A DNA stretch of 22,209 nt from a virus (IMGVR_UViG_2526164633_000039); one strand, 5' to 3'. Shown: positions 8,500 through 17,238, counted from the stretch's first letter. Made by a program: numbers and translations. Notes: generated from the sequence alone by a model not told the origin.

Positions 8500-9531
8500 A
8501 TGTCTATTAATCCTAAACTTAAGCGTATCGCGCGACGCTATCCAGCGTTATTCCAATATGAGTCCCCCTATATGGCAAGAAAATTAATAATATTCGGCAA
8601 CGGTCTCGGTATGGCTTTAGATCCTGCTCACTTCTCCTTAGACAGAGCGTTGGAAGAAATTTGGCATCGCCCCAATTTTTTAAAAGATATCCACAAGCAA
8701 CTTATCGAGCGTTGTCTTCAGCGGCAAGGTCCACCAGAAGGAGAACATGAGTTGGATACCCTTCACCAGGCTGTCACATATTGTAAAGCTCTTGCTCAAA
8801 TTGGAGAGGGGAACGTGCATTGGCTTACTGAAGATGGACTAAACTTCCCCAAAATTACCGCCACTTATATTCACAAAGTTGCAACCAGGTTGCATAATTA
8901 CGATAAAGGTTTGCCACAAAGATTCGAAAATGCGCTTGTGGAGTTTGTAAAGAACACACACTCACATATCGCGACATTAAACTATGACAAATTATTATAC
9001 AATTCATTCATAGATAATGATATATTCAACGGGTATGATGGGGTTTTAGTTGATGGGATGCTAAGCCACGGATTTTCCTCTGCAGCGCTCGAACGGAAAT
9101 ACAATCGTAGGTTTGGTTATTATTTGCACTTGCATGGTTCACCACTATTTATTAATCAGCATGAAAATGTTTTAAAACTTTCACGCTCACAACTTACTCT
9201 TGACATAGATGAACCTAGTGAGCATATAGTGTTAACTCATATAAAAAGAAAACCGTCAGTTATAGCAGCATCTAATGTTCTTTCTACGTACTGGGATTAT
9301 TTGCAGTTTGCATTATTTGAATCAGAAGAAATAATATTGTTTGGTTACTCTGGTCTCGATATTCACCTTAACCTGCTTATTCGACCTTACCTAACCTCTA
9401 AGCCTTTAAGAGTAATTGAGTGGAGCGGTGCTGGTGAACAAAACGCTCGTGAGATATATTGGAAAAACCAGTTGAGACGGGAAGTTACTGTAATTAGGTT
9501 GGATAACATCACTGATTTTATTGATTGGTAG
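8500..9531 (+). CDS. SIR2-like (sirtuin-fold, SIR2_2/DUF4020-type) protein, 343 aa; candidate NAD-consuming anti-phage defence effector
   Basis: Motifs read directly from the translation: glycine-rich IIFGNGLGMA (aa 30-39), IATLNYD (Asn161), YLHLHGS (His210/His212), ILFGYSGLDIHL (aa 279-290). These match the order and spacing of defence-associated SIR2 domains. Coding GC is far lower than the flanking prophage (about 32% in sampled 60-nt stretches). Confidence 0.65.
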   Translation: MSINPKLKRIARRYPALFQYESPYMARKLIIFGNGLGMALDPAHFSLDRALEEIWHRPNFLKDIHKQLIERCLQRQGPPEGEHELDTLHQAVTYCKALAQIGEGNVHWLTEDGLNFPKITATYIHKVATRLHNYDKGLPQRFENALVEFVKNTHSHIATLNYDKLLYNSFIDNDIFNGYDGVLVDGMLSHGFSSAALERKYNRRFGYYLHLHGSPLFINQHENVLKLSRSQLTLDIDEPSEHIVLTHIKRKPSVIAASNVLSTYWDYLQFALFESEEIILFGYSGLDIHLNLLIRPYLTSKPLRVIEWSGAGEQNAREIYWKNQLRREVTVIRLDNITDFIDW

Positions 9532-9601
9532 CGCAATGCGAAGTTAAAGAGGCAGCCTCATATTTATCAGAGCTGGTGTACGTCCAATACAGGAGGTTAT
9601 C

Positions 9602-9691
9602 GTGCTGGTTCTCAAATGCGCGCTGGCTATTGCGGCTGTAGTGGCAATTTATTGTCTTGCTATTGTTCTTATGGATCGCCTTTCTGATTGA
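9602..9691 (+). CDS. Small hydrophobic peptide (29 aa, GTG start), possible membrane-active type I toxin-like peptide
   Basis: Perfect AGGAGG at 9591-9596, 5 nt before the GTG at 9602. Translation (M)LVLKCALAIAAVVAIYCLAIVLMDRLSD is one predicted TM helix plus a short charged tail. Not in the ORF track (<60 aa). Confidence 0.4.
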   Translation: MLVLKCALAIAAVVAIYCLAIVLMDRLSD

Positions 9692-9902
9692 TTTTATATT
9701 GGCGAGGTGACGGGAGTTAAGTAGAATTGCTGCGGGTGCTTGAGGCTGTCTGCCTCGGGCATGCCACCGTAAGGCAGACAGAGAAAAGCCCCAGTTAACA
9801 TTACGCGTCCTGCAAGACGCTTAACATTAATCTGAGGCCCAATCTATGCTTCACAAACGTAGGTTAGCCTCTTACGCGCCGAAAGGCAAGGAGAAGCAGG
9901 CT

Positions 9903-10058
9903 ATGAAGCAGCAAAAGGCGATGTTAATCGCCCTGATCGTCATCTGTTTAACCGTCATAGTGACGGCACTGGTAACGAGGAAAGACCTCTGCGAGGTACG
10001 AATCCGAACCGGCCAGACGGAGGTCGCTGTCTTCACAGCTTACGAACCTGAGGAGTAA
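9903..10058 (+). CDS. hokD: Hok/Gef-family type I toxin (51 aa), HokD/RelF-like
   Basis: MKQQKAMLIALIVICLTVIVTALVTRKDLCEVRIRTGQTEVAVFTAYEPEE has the Hok TM segment and conserved Cys. An in-frame upstream extension from 9846 is mok-like. A perfect 10-bp leader hairpin lies at about 9745-9780. Confidence 0.8.
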   Translation: MKQQKAMLIALIVICLTVIVTALVTRKDLCEVRIRTGQTEVAVFTAYEPEE

Positions 10059-10126
10059 GAGACCAGGCGGGGGAGAAATCCCTCGCCACCGCTGATGTGT
10101 CAGGCATCCTCAACGCACCCGCACTT

Positions 10127-10150
10127 AACCCGCTTCGGCGGGTTTTTGTT
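10127..10150 (+). terminator. Rho-independent terminator downstream of hok
   Basis: AACCCGC-TTCG-GCGGGTT stem-loop followed by TTTTGTTTT. Confidence 0.6.
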
Positions 10151-10273
10151 TTATTTTCAACGCATTTGAAGTTCTGGACGGTGTCGGAATAGAATCAAAA
10201 ATACTTAAGTAGCGCGCAGGGATAAGAGGGATGGTCCCTTAAAGGGGAGAGCTAATTATCCGGAAGGATTCTG

Positions 10274-10525
10274 ATGATGAACATCGAAGAACTGCGTAAA
10301 ATTTTTTGTGAAGATGGCCTCTATGCTGTGTGCGTTGAAAATGGAAATATTGTTAGTCATTACCGCATTGTGTGTTTGCGAAAGAATGGGGCTGCGTTAA
10401 TTAATTTTGTGGATGGTCGAGTGACAGACGGATTTATCTTGCGCGAAGGTGAGTTTGTCACTTCATTACAGGCACTGAAAGAGATCGGAATAAAAGCTGG
10501 CTTTTCTGCTTTTTCAGAAGAATAA
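10274..10525 (+). CDS. rem: Hypothetical 83-aa protein, Rem-like (Qin prophage rem neighbour of hokD) by size and position
   Basis: GGAAGGA RBS before ATGATG at 10274. Lies immediately downstream of hok as in Qin. Identity rests on recollection and synteny. Confidence 0.45.
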   Translation: MMNIEELRKIFCEDGLYAVCVENGNIVSHYRIVCLRKNGAALINFVDGRVTDGFILREGEFVTSLQALKEIGIKAGFSAFSEE

Positions 10526-10591
10526 ACTCATCTACAATCTTGCGCGGGGCTGAACTCCCGCTGAGTAACACCGTGCCGCCGGAGGAAACCG

Positions 10592-10870
10592 ATGGCACGC
10601 AACGCAAAATATTACAATCATGATAATTCGACCGTTCTTGCCCACACGCACGAGCGGTATTCTCACGCATTTAAGTCAGACTGGTACCAGCATCCCCCAT
10701 GCACTGAAGAACAGGCCGAATGGCTCATTCAGTGTTACCGCAGGCGCGGATGCGAGGTTAAAAAAGCCCTTAGCCTCGACTACCGTCACTGGATAATCTC
10801 CGTCGGGCTTCCTTACTCCGAACGCCCACCGCGTCTGTCCCGCACATTCCAGCAACGCATCTGGAGGTAA
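10592..10870 (+). CDS. Hypothetical 92-aa protein
   Basis: Strong GGAGGA RBS before the ATG at 10592. Stop abuts the GTG start of the following gene. Confidence 0.5.
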   Translation: MARNAKYYNHDNSTVLAHTHERYSHAFKSDWYQHPPCTEEQAEWLIQCYRRRGCEVKKALSLDYRHWIISVGLPYSERPPRLSRTFQQRIWR

Positions 10871-10871
10871 C

Positions 10872-11611
10872 GTGCGGGTATTACTTCGACCTGTTCTGGT
10901 ACCGGAACTCGGGCTGGTGGTCCTTAAGCCCGGTCGCGAATCACTGCCGGTTTTTCATTGCGGCAGGGTGCTGGTGGAGCCGGAACCGAAAAGCATGCGC
11001 GGTCTGCCGTCCGGAGTCGTCCCTGCCGTTCGCCAGCCGCTGGCGGAGGATAAATCATTACTGCCATTTTTCAGCGATGAGCGTGTGATTCGTGCTGCTG
11101 GCGGCGCTGGCGCACTGTCTGACTGGCTCCTGCGTCATGTCAAATCCTGCCAGTGGCCTCATGGTGACTACCATCACAGTGAAACCGTCATACATCGTTA
11201 TGGTACCGGCGCAATGGTGTTGTGCTGGCACTGCGACAACCAGCTGCGCGACCAGACCTCCGAATCACTCGGGCAACTTGCTCACCAAAACCTGTCTGCA
11301 TGGATGATTGACGTCATACGCCATGCAATGAATGGCTCGCAGGAACGGGAATTATCGCTGGCTGAATTATCCTGGTGGGCGATCCGCAATCAGGTGGCGG
11401 ACGCGCTACCGGAAGCGGTATTACGTCGTTCGCTGGGGTTGCGTGCGGAAAAAATCCGCTCAATGTACCGTGAAAGCGACATCGTACCGGGAGAGCAGAC
11501 CGCCACCAGCATACTGAAACAGCGCACAAAAAATCTTGCGCCGCTGCCTCACGCCCACCAGCAACAGAACCCGCCACAGGAAAAGACGGTGGTCAGCATT
11601 GCTGTTGATCC
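10872..11611 (+). pseudogene. ydfU: YdfU/DUF968-like gene, 5' portion, interrupted by IS66-family insertion
   Basis: Reading frame runs into the IS and terminates at a TAA created by the IS terminus (GTAAGCG). After removing the IS and one copy of the 8-bp duplication it continues in frame into 14324..14633. Confidence 0.6.
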
Positions 11612-11641
11612 GTAAGCGGCTCGCCAGAACCGTATTGATAT

Positions 11642-13213
11642 TTACTGAGAGGTCAGATCAACTTTCCAGGGCAACAGATCGCGTACCCGGTTTGCCGGCC
11701 AATCCTGGATATGCTCAATGACGTAACGCAGCCATTTTTCTGGTTCCACATTGTTCAGACGGCATGTGCCGATCAGCGAGTACAACACCGCCGCATGTTC
11801 GCCACCGCTGTCGGAACCCGCGAACAGCCAGTTTTTCCGGCCTACGGCCACTCCCCGTAAGGCGTTCTCTGCGATGTTGTTGTCGATTTCCACCCAGCCA
11901 TTACTGCAGTACACGTTCAGGCCATCCCACTGTTTCAGCAGGTATGCGAACGCTTTTGCCGTATCCGAGTGACGCGACAGTGTTTTCATCTGAGTCTGTA
12001 TCCAGTCATACAGTGACTGCATCAGTGGCGCAGCTCTGGCTTTTCTTGCCGCCAGACGCTGTTCTGCTGTACATCCCCGGACTTCTGCCTCTATGGCATA
12101 CAGTTCACCGATACGCTGCAGGGCTTCCGTGGTGATGTCGGTGGGCACTCTTGCATGCACATCGTGGATTTTTCTCCGGGCATGAGCCATACACGCGGCT
12201 TCCGTTATTCTGCCGGATTCGTATAACACCCGGTAACCACCGTAAGCATCGGCCTGAAGCACACCGCTGTAACCGGCCAGATGATTTTGTGGATGGATAC
12301 CTTTCCGGTCCGGTGAGTACGCGAACCAGACCGCCGGGGGCATTTCCGAACCGGCGTTACGGTCATCACGGACGTAGACCCACAGCCGGGCGGTCCGGGT
12401 TTTACCGCTGCCCGGCTCCTGGACCGGGACGGGGATATCATCAGCATGGACTTTACCGGGCATCAGCACATACTGGCGCAGGACGTCATACAGCGGCTCC
12501 AGCAGTTCAGCAACGGCACCTGTCCAGCGCCCCAGCGTGGCGCGGCTCAGCTCCACGCCCTGGCGACGGTATATTTCTGACTGGCGGTATAACGGCAGAT
12601 GGTCTGCATATTTCCCGGTAACAACATGGGCCAGAAGCCCCGCTCCGGCATAACTGCGTGCAATGGGTTTTGAAGGTACTGTTGCCTGCACGATATGGTC
12701 GCACCGACAACAGGCCAGTTTCGGACGTTGTGTTTCGATAACCTTAAAGGCGCTGCTGATAAGCTCCAGTTGCTCTGACACATCACACCCCAGAGGACTG
12801 AGGTCACCACCACAGGCCGGGCAGCATTCCTCTTCCGGCCGGATGACCCGGGTTTCACGGGGAAGTGAGGCCGGTAACGGTTTACGGGCTGAAGACTGGC
12901 GCAGGGCGGATGGCAGTACCGGGTCATATTGCTCACCCAGCGTTTCCGCCATTTCTTCCTGAAGTGCGCTGATTCGCTCCTGTGCTTCCTGTATCTGCCG
13001 TTCGGTTTTAGCGCGAAGTTTTTCTGAGCTTTTACCGAACTGCATGCGCTGCAGTTTCGCAACCAGCGCCTTCAGCCGGTTGATTTCGGAAGCATAAGCC
13101 GCCACCCGCTGTGAGAGCAGGCGGTTGTATTTCGCCATCTGGCGGATGGTGTCCTGTTGCGTCTGCAACAGTGCCCGCAGGCGGGCATTCTCATGAGCAA
13201 GTGAGGTGTCCAT
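11642..13213 (-). CDS. tnpC: IS66-family transposase TnpC (523 aa)
   Basis: Intact ORF with N-terminal coiled-coil/leucine-zipper-like region, a Cys-rich zinc-finger region (CPACGG...CCRCDH) and conserved IS66 transposase core. Confidence 0.9.
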   Translation of the reverse strand: MDTSLAHENARLRALLQTQQDTIRQMAKYNRLLSQRVAAYASEINRLKALVAKLQRMQFGKSSEKLRAKTERQIQEAQERISALQEEMAETLGEQYDPVLPSALRQSSARKPLPASLPRETRVIRPEEECCPACGGDLSPLGCDVSEQLELISSAFKVIETQRPKLACCRCDHIVQATVPSKPIARSYAGAGLLAHVVTGKYADHLPLYRQSEIYRRQGVELSRATLGRWTGAVAELLEPLYDVLRQYVLMPGKVHADDIPVPVQEPGSGKTRTARLWVYVRDDRNAGSEMPPAVWFAYSPDRKGIHPQNHLAGYSGVLQADAYGGYRVLYESGRITEAACMAHARRKIHDVHARVPTDITTEALQRIGELYAIEAEVRGCTAEQRLAARKARAAPLMQSLYDWIQTQMKTLSRHSDTAKAFAYLLKQWDGLNVYCSNGWVEIDNNIAENALRGVAVGRKNWLFAGSDSGGEHAAVLYSLIGTCRLNNVEPEKWLRYVIEHIQDWPANRVRDLLPWKVDLTSQ

Positions 13214-13232
13214 ATCCTCACTTTACAACGGG

Positions 13233-13580
13233 TTATATGCGGATGCCAGCGCGTTCCGTTCGTTTCGGGTGCTTCCAGTCGATGCCTTCGAGAAGCATGG
13301 ACAACTGAGCCGGAGTAAGGTGAACCTTTCCATCGCGGGTGACCGGCCAGACGAAGCGGCCCCGCTCCAGGCGTTTGGTGAAGAGGCACAGTCCGTCACT
13401 GTCAGCCCACAGCACTTTTATCTGGTCACCCCGGCGTCCGCGGAAGATGAACAGATGCCCGGAGAACGGGTCATCCTTCAGGACGTTCTGAACTTTTGAG
13501 GCCAGGCCGTTAAAGCCATTTCGCATATCGGTGATACCGGCAACCAGCCAGATACGCGAACCGGCAGGGAGAGATATCAT
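13233..13580 (-). CDS. tnpB: IS66-family accessory protein TnpB (Orf2, 115 aa)
   Basis: MISLPAGSRIWLVAGITDMRNGFNGLASKVQ... is typical IS66 Orf2. Start overlaps the tnpA stop. Confidence 0.9.
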   Translation of the reverse strand: MISLPAGSRIWLVAGITDMRNGFNGLASKVQNVLKDDPFSGHLFIFRGRRGDQIKVLWADSDGLCLFTKRLERGRFVWPVTRDGKVHLTPAQLSMLLEGIDWKHPKRTERAGIRI

Positions 13581-14230
13581 CAGTGGCTGCTCCCTTTCAT
13601 TTCGCGGATAAGTGTCTGTAATAACGCCGGTGTCAGTTCACCTTTCAGCCTGAGAGTTCCGGCCGGCAGAACCAGCTCGCAGCACAGACTGTCTGGCAGT
13701 GTATTTATCTGTTCAGGTATCTGCACTGGTGCCGGGATTTTATTATCCGGCTCCGGAGTTAACGTCACGGGAAGTAGCGATGTTTCATGTTCGCCGGGCG
13801 GTTGCAGGCCACCGTTACGCCAGAGATGCCGCCAGTTAAAGAGCAGGTTATCGTTAATTCCATTCTCTCGAGCTATTTGTGCGACACAGGCACCGGGTAA
13901 AAGAGTTTGCTGAACCAGTCTCCATTTAAACTCCGGTGAAAATCGGTTCCGGCGGGGTTTCTCTGCTTTCACAGGCTGAGTCACGGTCGGGGCTGAAGGG
14001 TATCGCCCCGGGAAAAGAGCCCGGGCCAGTTGCCCGCAGGAATATTCACCGGAAAGAGGCCAGTCAGTGAATACCTGGTGAAATCGCCTCACCAGAGAAA
14101 AAATGGCGGTTTTGCTGACACCAGTCTGCGCAGAAATGCGCGGGTACGACAGTGACTCGTCAAATCTCAGCTGTAGCACACGCAGGATCAATTCTGGATT
14201 ATCTGCCAGTACCGCTTTTCGTGCATTCAT
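13580..14230 (-). CDS. tnpA: IS66-family accessory protein TnpA (Orf1, 216 aa as drawn; a shorter internal start is possible)
   Basis: First ORF of the element, with an HTH-like N-terminus. ATG at 14228-14230. Confidence 0.75.
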   Translation of the reverse strand: MNARKAVLADNPELILRVLQLRFDESLSYPRISAQTGVSKTAIFSLVRRFHQVFTDWPLSGEYSCGQLARALFPGRYPSAPTVTQPVKAEKPRRNRFSPEFKWRLVQQTLLPGACVAQIARENGINDNLLFNWRHLWRNGGLQPPGEHETSLLPVTLTPEPDNKIPAPVQIPEQINTLPDSLCCELVLPAGTLRLKGELTPALLQTLIREMKGSSH

Positions 14231-14323
14231 CTTAAATGTCCTTTTACTGCGAAAATGGACATTAGTATCGGAAACAGGAAAGGGAGGCGAAAGACGGTTT
14301 AAATGATGCGCTTACGTTGATCC

Positions 14324-14633
14324 GGAGTCTCCGGAATCTTTAATGAAGCGACCTAAACGTCGCCGTTGGGTAAATGAGAAATATACGCGCTGGGTAAAGA
14401 CACAGCCGTGTGCGTGTTGTGGTAAGCCAGCCGACGATCCCCATCACCTGATTGGTCATGGTCAGGGCGGAATAGGGACAAAAGCCCACGATATTTTCAC
14501 GCTACCGTTGTGCCGGGAGCATCACAACGAACTTCATGCTGATCCGCTGGCATTTGAAGAAAAGCATGGTTCCCAGATTGATTTAATTTTTCGTTTTCTT
14601 GATCGCGCCTTTGCAACCGGCGTGCTCGGGTAA
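14324..14633 (+). pseudogene. ydfU: YdfU/DUF968-like gene, 3' portion (Cys/His-rich C-terminal domain)
   Basis: In-frame continuation of 10872..11611 once the IS is removed. Contains CACCGKPADDPHHLIGHGQGG...CREHHNELH. Confidence 0.6.
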
Positions 14634-14645
14634 AAGAGGTTACTG

Positions 14646-15005
14646 ATGCGTATAGAGTTTGTTTTGCCTTACCCGCCGACGGTGAACACCTACTGGCGAC
14701 GTCGTGGCAGCACATATTTTGTGTCAAAAGCCGGTGAGCGTTATCGCCGGGATGTGGCACTTATTGTTCGCCAGCAGCGGCTGAAATTAAACCTGTCCGG
14801 AAGGCTGGCGATAAAGATTATTGCAGAGCCACCGGATAAGCGCCGCCGCGACCTGGACAATATCCTGAAGGCACCACTGGATGCGCTTACGCATGCCGGA
14901 CTACTTATAGACGACGAGCAGTTTGATGAAATCAATATTGTGCGCGGTCAGCTCGTTTCTGGTGGGCGGCTGGGCGTGAAGATTTACAAAATTGAAAGTG
15001 AGTGA
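14646..15005 (+). CDS. rusA: RusA Holliday-junction resolvase (119 aa)
   Basis: AGAGG RBS. Protein carries PPTVNTYWRRRG and RRRDLDNILKAPLDALTHAGLLIDDEQ, matching RusA motifs including the catalytic DxD region. Confidence 0.85.
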   Translation: MRIEFVLPYPPTVNTYWRRRGSTYFVSKAGERYRRDVALIVRQQRLKLNLSGRLAIKIIAEPPDKRRRDLDNILKAPLDALTHAGLLIDDEQFDEINIVRGQLVSGGRLGVKIYKIESE

Positions 15006-15568
15006 GCATAAATATGATATACCCGGAAATTACAGGCAAAAGCGGTGAGCATTTACGCCTGAAAACGCTGGAAAGTGTCTGGATCCAGGGGAAACTGCGT
15101 ATGTGGGGGCGTTGGTCGTATATTGGCGACGGTAAGACGGGAAATATGTTCAACCAATTACTGACCTCTAAAAAGCTGACAAAAACGGCAATTAACGAGG
15201 CGCTCCGGAGGATGAAAAAAGCGGGTCTGGACAAACCTGAACTTGAGGCTTTTTTGCGGGATATGATCAACGGCAATCAAAAAAGCTGGCTGGCACATTG
15301 TACCGATTCAGAGGCGTTAATAATCGACAGGGTTATTGGTGAAGTACTGGCAGGTTATCCCGGGCTGCTCAATGTTCTGAGTCAGCGTTATGTGGGGCGG
15401 GGGATGACTAAGCGCAAAATGGCTGAACTGCTGAATGATGCACATCCGGAATGGAGTTTAAGAACCTGTGAAAGACGCATTGAGCATTGGCTAAAGGTGG
15501 CAGAATTTATTTTGTACAAACCAATGGTTATGGCTTTTGGTATAGAGAAAAAAGTTATTGCTTTTTGA
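15002..15568 (+). CDS. Putative late-gene antiterminator (Q-like) assigned by position; function not confirmed from sequence
   Basis: GTG at 15002 overlaps the rusA stop; alternative ATG at 15014. Located between rusA and a hairpin plus T-run, where Q and tR' sit in lambdoid phages. No strong motif recognised. Confidence 0.4.
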   Translation: MSINMIYPEITGKSGEHLRLKTLESVWIQGKLRMWGRWSYIGDGKTGNMFNQLLTSKKLTKTAINEALRRMKKAGLDKPELEAFLRDMINGNQKSWLAHCTDSEALIIDRVIGEVLAGYPGLLNVLSQRYVGRGMTKRKMAELLNDAHPEWSLRTCERRIEHWLKVAEFILYKPMVMAFGIEKKVIAF

Positions 15569-15645
15569 CGTAAAAACTGCTTCAATTCCGGTAAGCTTCG
15601 CAAAGCTGTACCGCGAGGCGAATAGCAGACATGGACATTTGAAAG

Positions 15646-15669
15646 AGCCCGCTTTTTGCGGGTTTTTTT
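15646..15669 (+). terminator. Intrinsic terminator-like hairpin (possible tR'-like element)
   Basis: CCCGC-TTTTT-GCGGG followed by a 7-T run at 15663-15669. Confidence 0.4.
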
Positions 15670-15780
15670 ATGACTGAAAAACGGCACGGGGCGTTAAACG
15701 CGCTGGTGGTTGCTAATACCGGTCTTTCAACTTGCTGGCTTTTTCGACAAGAGTTATTGGTATGTCACGTTAACCGGAAA

Positions 15781-15990
15781 ATGGAAAAAGGCATGCTAAA
15801 ACAGCAGGATATGACCGAAACCGCCAGAGTGGTGTTTAATGAATTAAGCGTCACCGAACCGGCGACCGCCGGGGAAATTGCGCAGAACACTTATCTTTCA
15901 CGCGAACGCTGCCAGTTAATACTGACCCAGCTTGTTATGGCGGGTCTGGCAGATTATCAGTTCGGTTGTTACAGACGCCTTCCTCAGTGA
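15781..15990 (+). CDS. Hypothetical small protein (start uncertain; track ORF begins at 15670)
   Basis: Track ORF 15670..15990; the upstream ATG lies inside the terminator T-run, so an internal start (15781 or 15793) seems more plausible. Confidence 0.3.
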   Translation: MEKGMLKQQDMTETARVVFNELSVTEPATAGEIAQNTYLSRERCQLILTQLVMAGLADYQFGCYRRLPQ

Positions 15991-16009
15991 AGGCTTTTTA
16001 TTTGTGGTA

Positions 16010-16147
16010 ATGGGCGGCTGGTGGGTGTTAGCGGCACCTGCCAGCCATCTGCTCATGCGTTGGGGTCACAAGCAAACCTCAGGCCCATCTGCTTTGCGCA
16101 AAAGCGGTATGAGCCTATCAGAGAAGTGCTTATTGATCTATGGCTAA
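16010..16147 (+). CDS. Hypothetical small ORF whose stop overlaps the methyltransferase start
   Basis: Track ORF 15932..16147 with an internal ATG at 16010. Its TAA at 16145-16147 overlaps the methyltransferase ATG at 16140, suggesting translational coupling. Weak RBS. Confidence 0.25.
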   Translation: MGGWWVLAAPASHLLMRWGHKQTSGPSALRKSGMSLSEKCLLIYG

Positions 16148-17198
16148 TACTGTAAAAATATCCAGTTGTGAGTTAATCAACGCTGATTGCCTGGAATTTA
16201 TCCAGACCTTACCGGAAAACTCTGTCGATCTGATAGTCACAGACCCGCCATACTTTAAAGTGAAGCCCGAGGGCTGGGATAACCAGTGGAAGGGCGACGA
16301 TGATTACCTGAAGTGGCTGGACCAGTGTCTGGCGCAGTTCTGGCGGGTGCTGAAACCTGCCGGAAGTCTTTACCTGTTCTGTGGTCATCGCCTGGCATCT
16401 GATATCGAAATCATGATGCGTGAACGCTTCAGTGTGCTGAACCATATTATCTGGGCGAAGCCGTCCGGACGCTGGAACGGATGCAACAAGGAAAGCCTGC
16501 GGGCGTATTTCCCCGCCACAGAGCGCATTCTGTTCGCGGAACATTATCAGGGGCCGTATCGTCCGAAAGATGCCGGGTATGCGGCGAAGGGCAGTGCACT
16601 GAAACAGCATGTGATGGCCCCGCTGATTTCTTACTTTCGTGATGCGCGCGCGGCCCTGGGGATAACGGCAAAACAGATTGCAGATGCCACAGGAAAGAAA
16701 AACATGGTGTCGCACTGGTTCAGTGCCAGTCAGTGGCAGCTACCGAACGAAAGCGATTATCTGAAATTACAGTCGCTGTTTGCCCGGGTGGCAGAAGAGA
16801 AACATCAGCGGGGAGAACTGGAAAAGTCCCATTACCAACTGGTCAGCACATACAGTGAGCTGAACCGGCAGTATATGGAACTGCTGAGTGAATATAAGCA
16901 TCTGCGGCGGTATTTTGGCGTGACGGTGCAGGTGCCGTATACCGATGTGTGGACGCATAAACCGGTGCAGTTCTATCCCGGGAAACATCCGTGCGAAAAA
17001 CCGGCAGAAATGCTGCAGCAGATAATCAGCGCTAGCAGTCGTCCGGGTGACCTGATTGCAGATTTTTTCATGGGGTCGGGTTCGACAGTGAAAGCGGCAC
17101 TGGCGCTCGGGCGTCGTGCAATTGGCGTTGAGCTGGAGACTGAACGTTTTGAGCAGACGGTTCGGGAAGTACAGGATTTAGTCAGCCAGAACGGATGA
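16140..17198 (+). CDS. Orphan DNA methyltransferase (N6-adenine/N4-cytosine type, DPPY motif; beta-class order)
   Basis: IVTDPPYF (motif IV) near the N-terminus and FFMGSGST (motif I, SAM-binding) near the C-terminus. No adjacent restriction endonuclease ORF. Confidence 0.85.
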   Translation: MANTVKISSCELINADCLEFIQTLPENSVDLIVTDPPYFKVKPEGWDNQWKGDDDYLKWLDQCLAQFWRVLKPAGSLYLFCGHRLASDIEIMMRERFSVLNHIIWAKPSGRWNGCNKESLRAYFPATERILFAEHYQGPYRPKDAGYAAKGSALKQHVMAPLISYFRDARAALGITAKQIADATGKKNMVSHWFSASQWQLPNESDYLKLQSLFARVAEEKHQRGELEKSHYQLVSTYSELNRQYMELLSEYKHLRRYFGVTVQVPYTDVWTHKPVQFYPGKHPCEKPAEMLQQIISASSRPGDLIADFFMGSGSTVKAALALGRRAIGVELETERFEQTVREVQDLVSQNG

Positions 17199-17238
17199 TA
17201 TTGAAGAATTAATTACGCGTCGTTATTATGCGGCTCCC

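Larger units (their letters stand above)
11612..14315 (-). mobile_element. Complete IS66-family insertion sequence (about 2704 bp; tnpA-tnpB-tnpC) flanked by 8-bp direct repeat GTTGATCC
   Basis: Termini begin GTAAGCG (11612) and end CGCTTAC (14309-14315), with imperfect terminal inverted repeats. GTTGATCC is present at 11604-11611 and again at 14316-14323. Three ORFs in canonical IS66 order with a tnpA/tnpB ATGA overlap. Confidence 0.9.

Noticed and set aside
11751-13499. Plus-strand ORFs inside the IS66 element (for example 12151..12621, 12663..12962, 13206..13499), and their counterparts in copy 2
   Set aside because: They are antisense to the conserved tnpA/tnpB/tnpC reading frames and encode Arg/Pro-rich products typical of GC-rich antisense frames.
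15002-15568. Assigning the 188-aa ORF confidently as lambda-type Q
   Set aside because: I could not recognise Q family motifs such as a zinc-binding Cys cluster. The call rests on synteny only, so it is kept as a low-confidence positional assignment.
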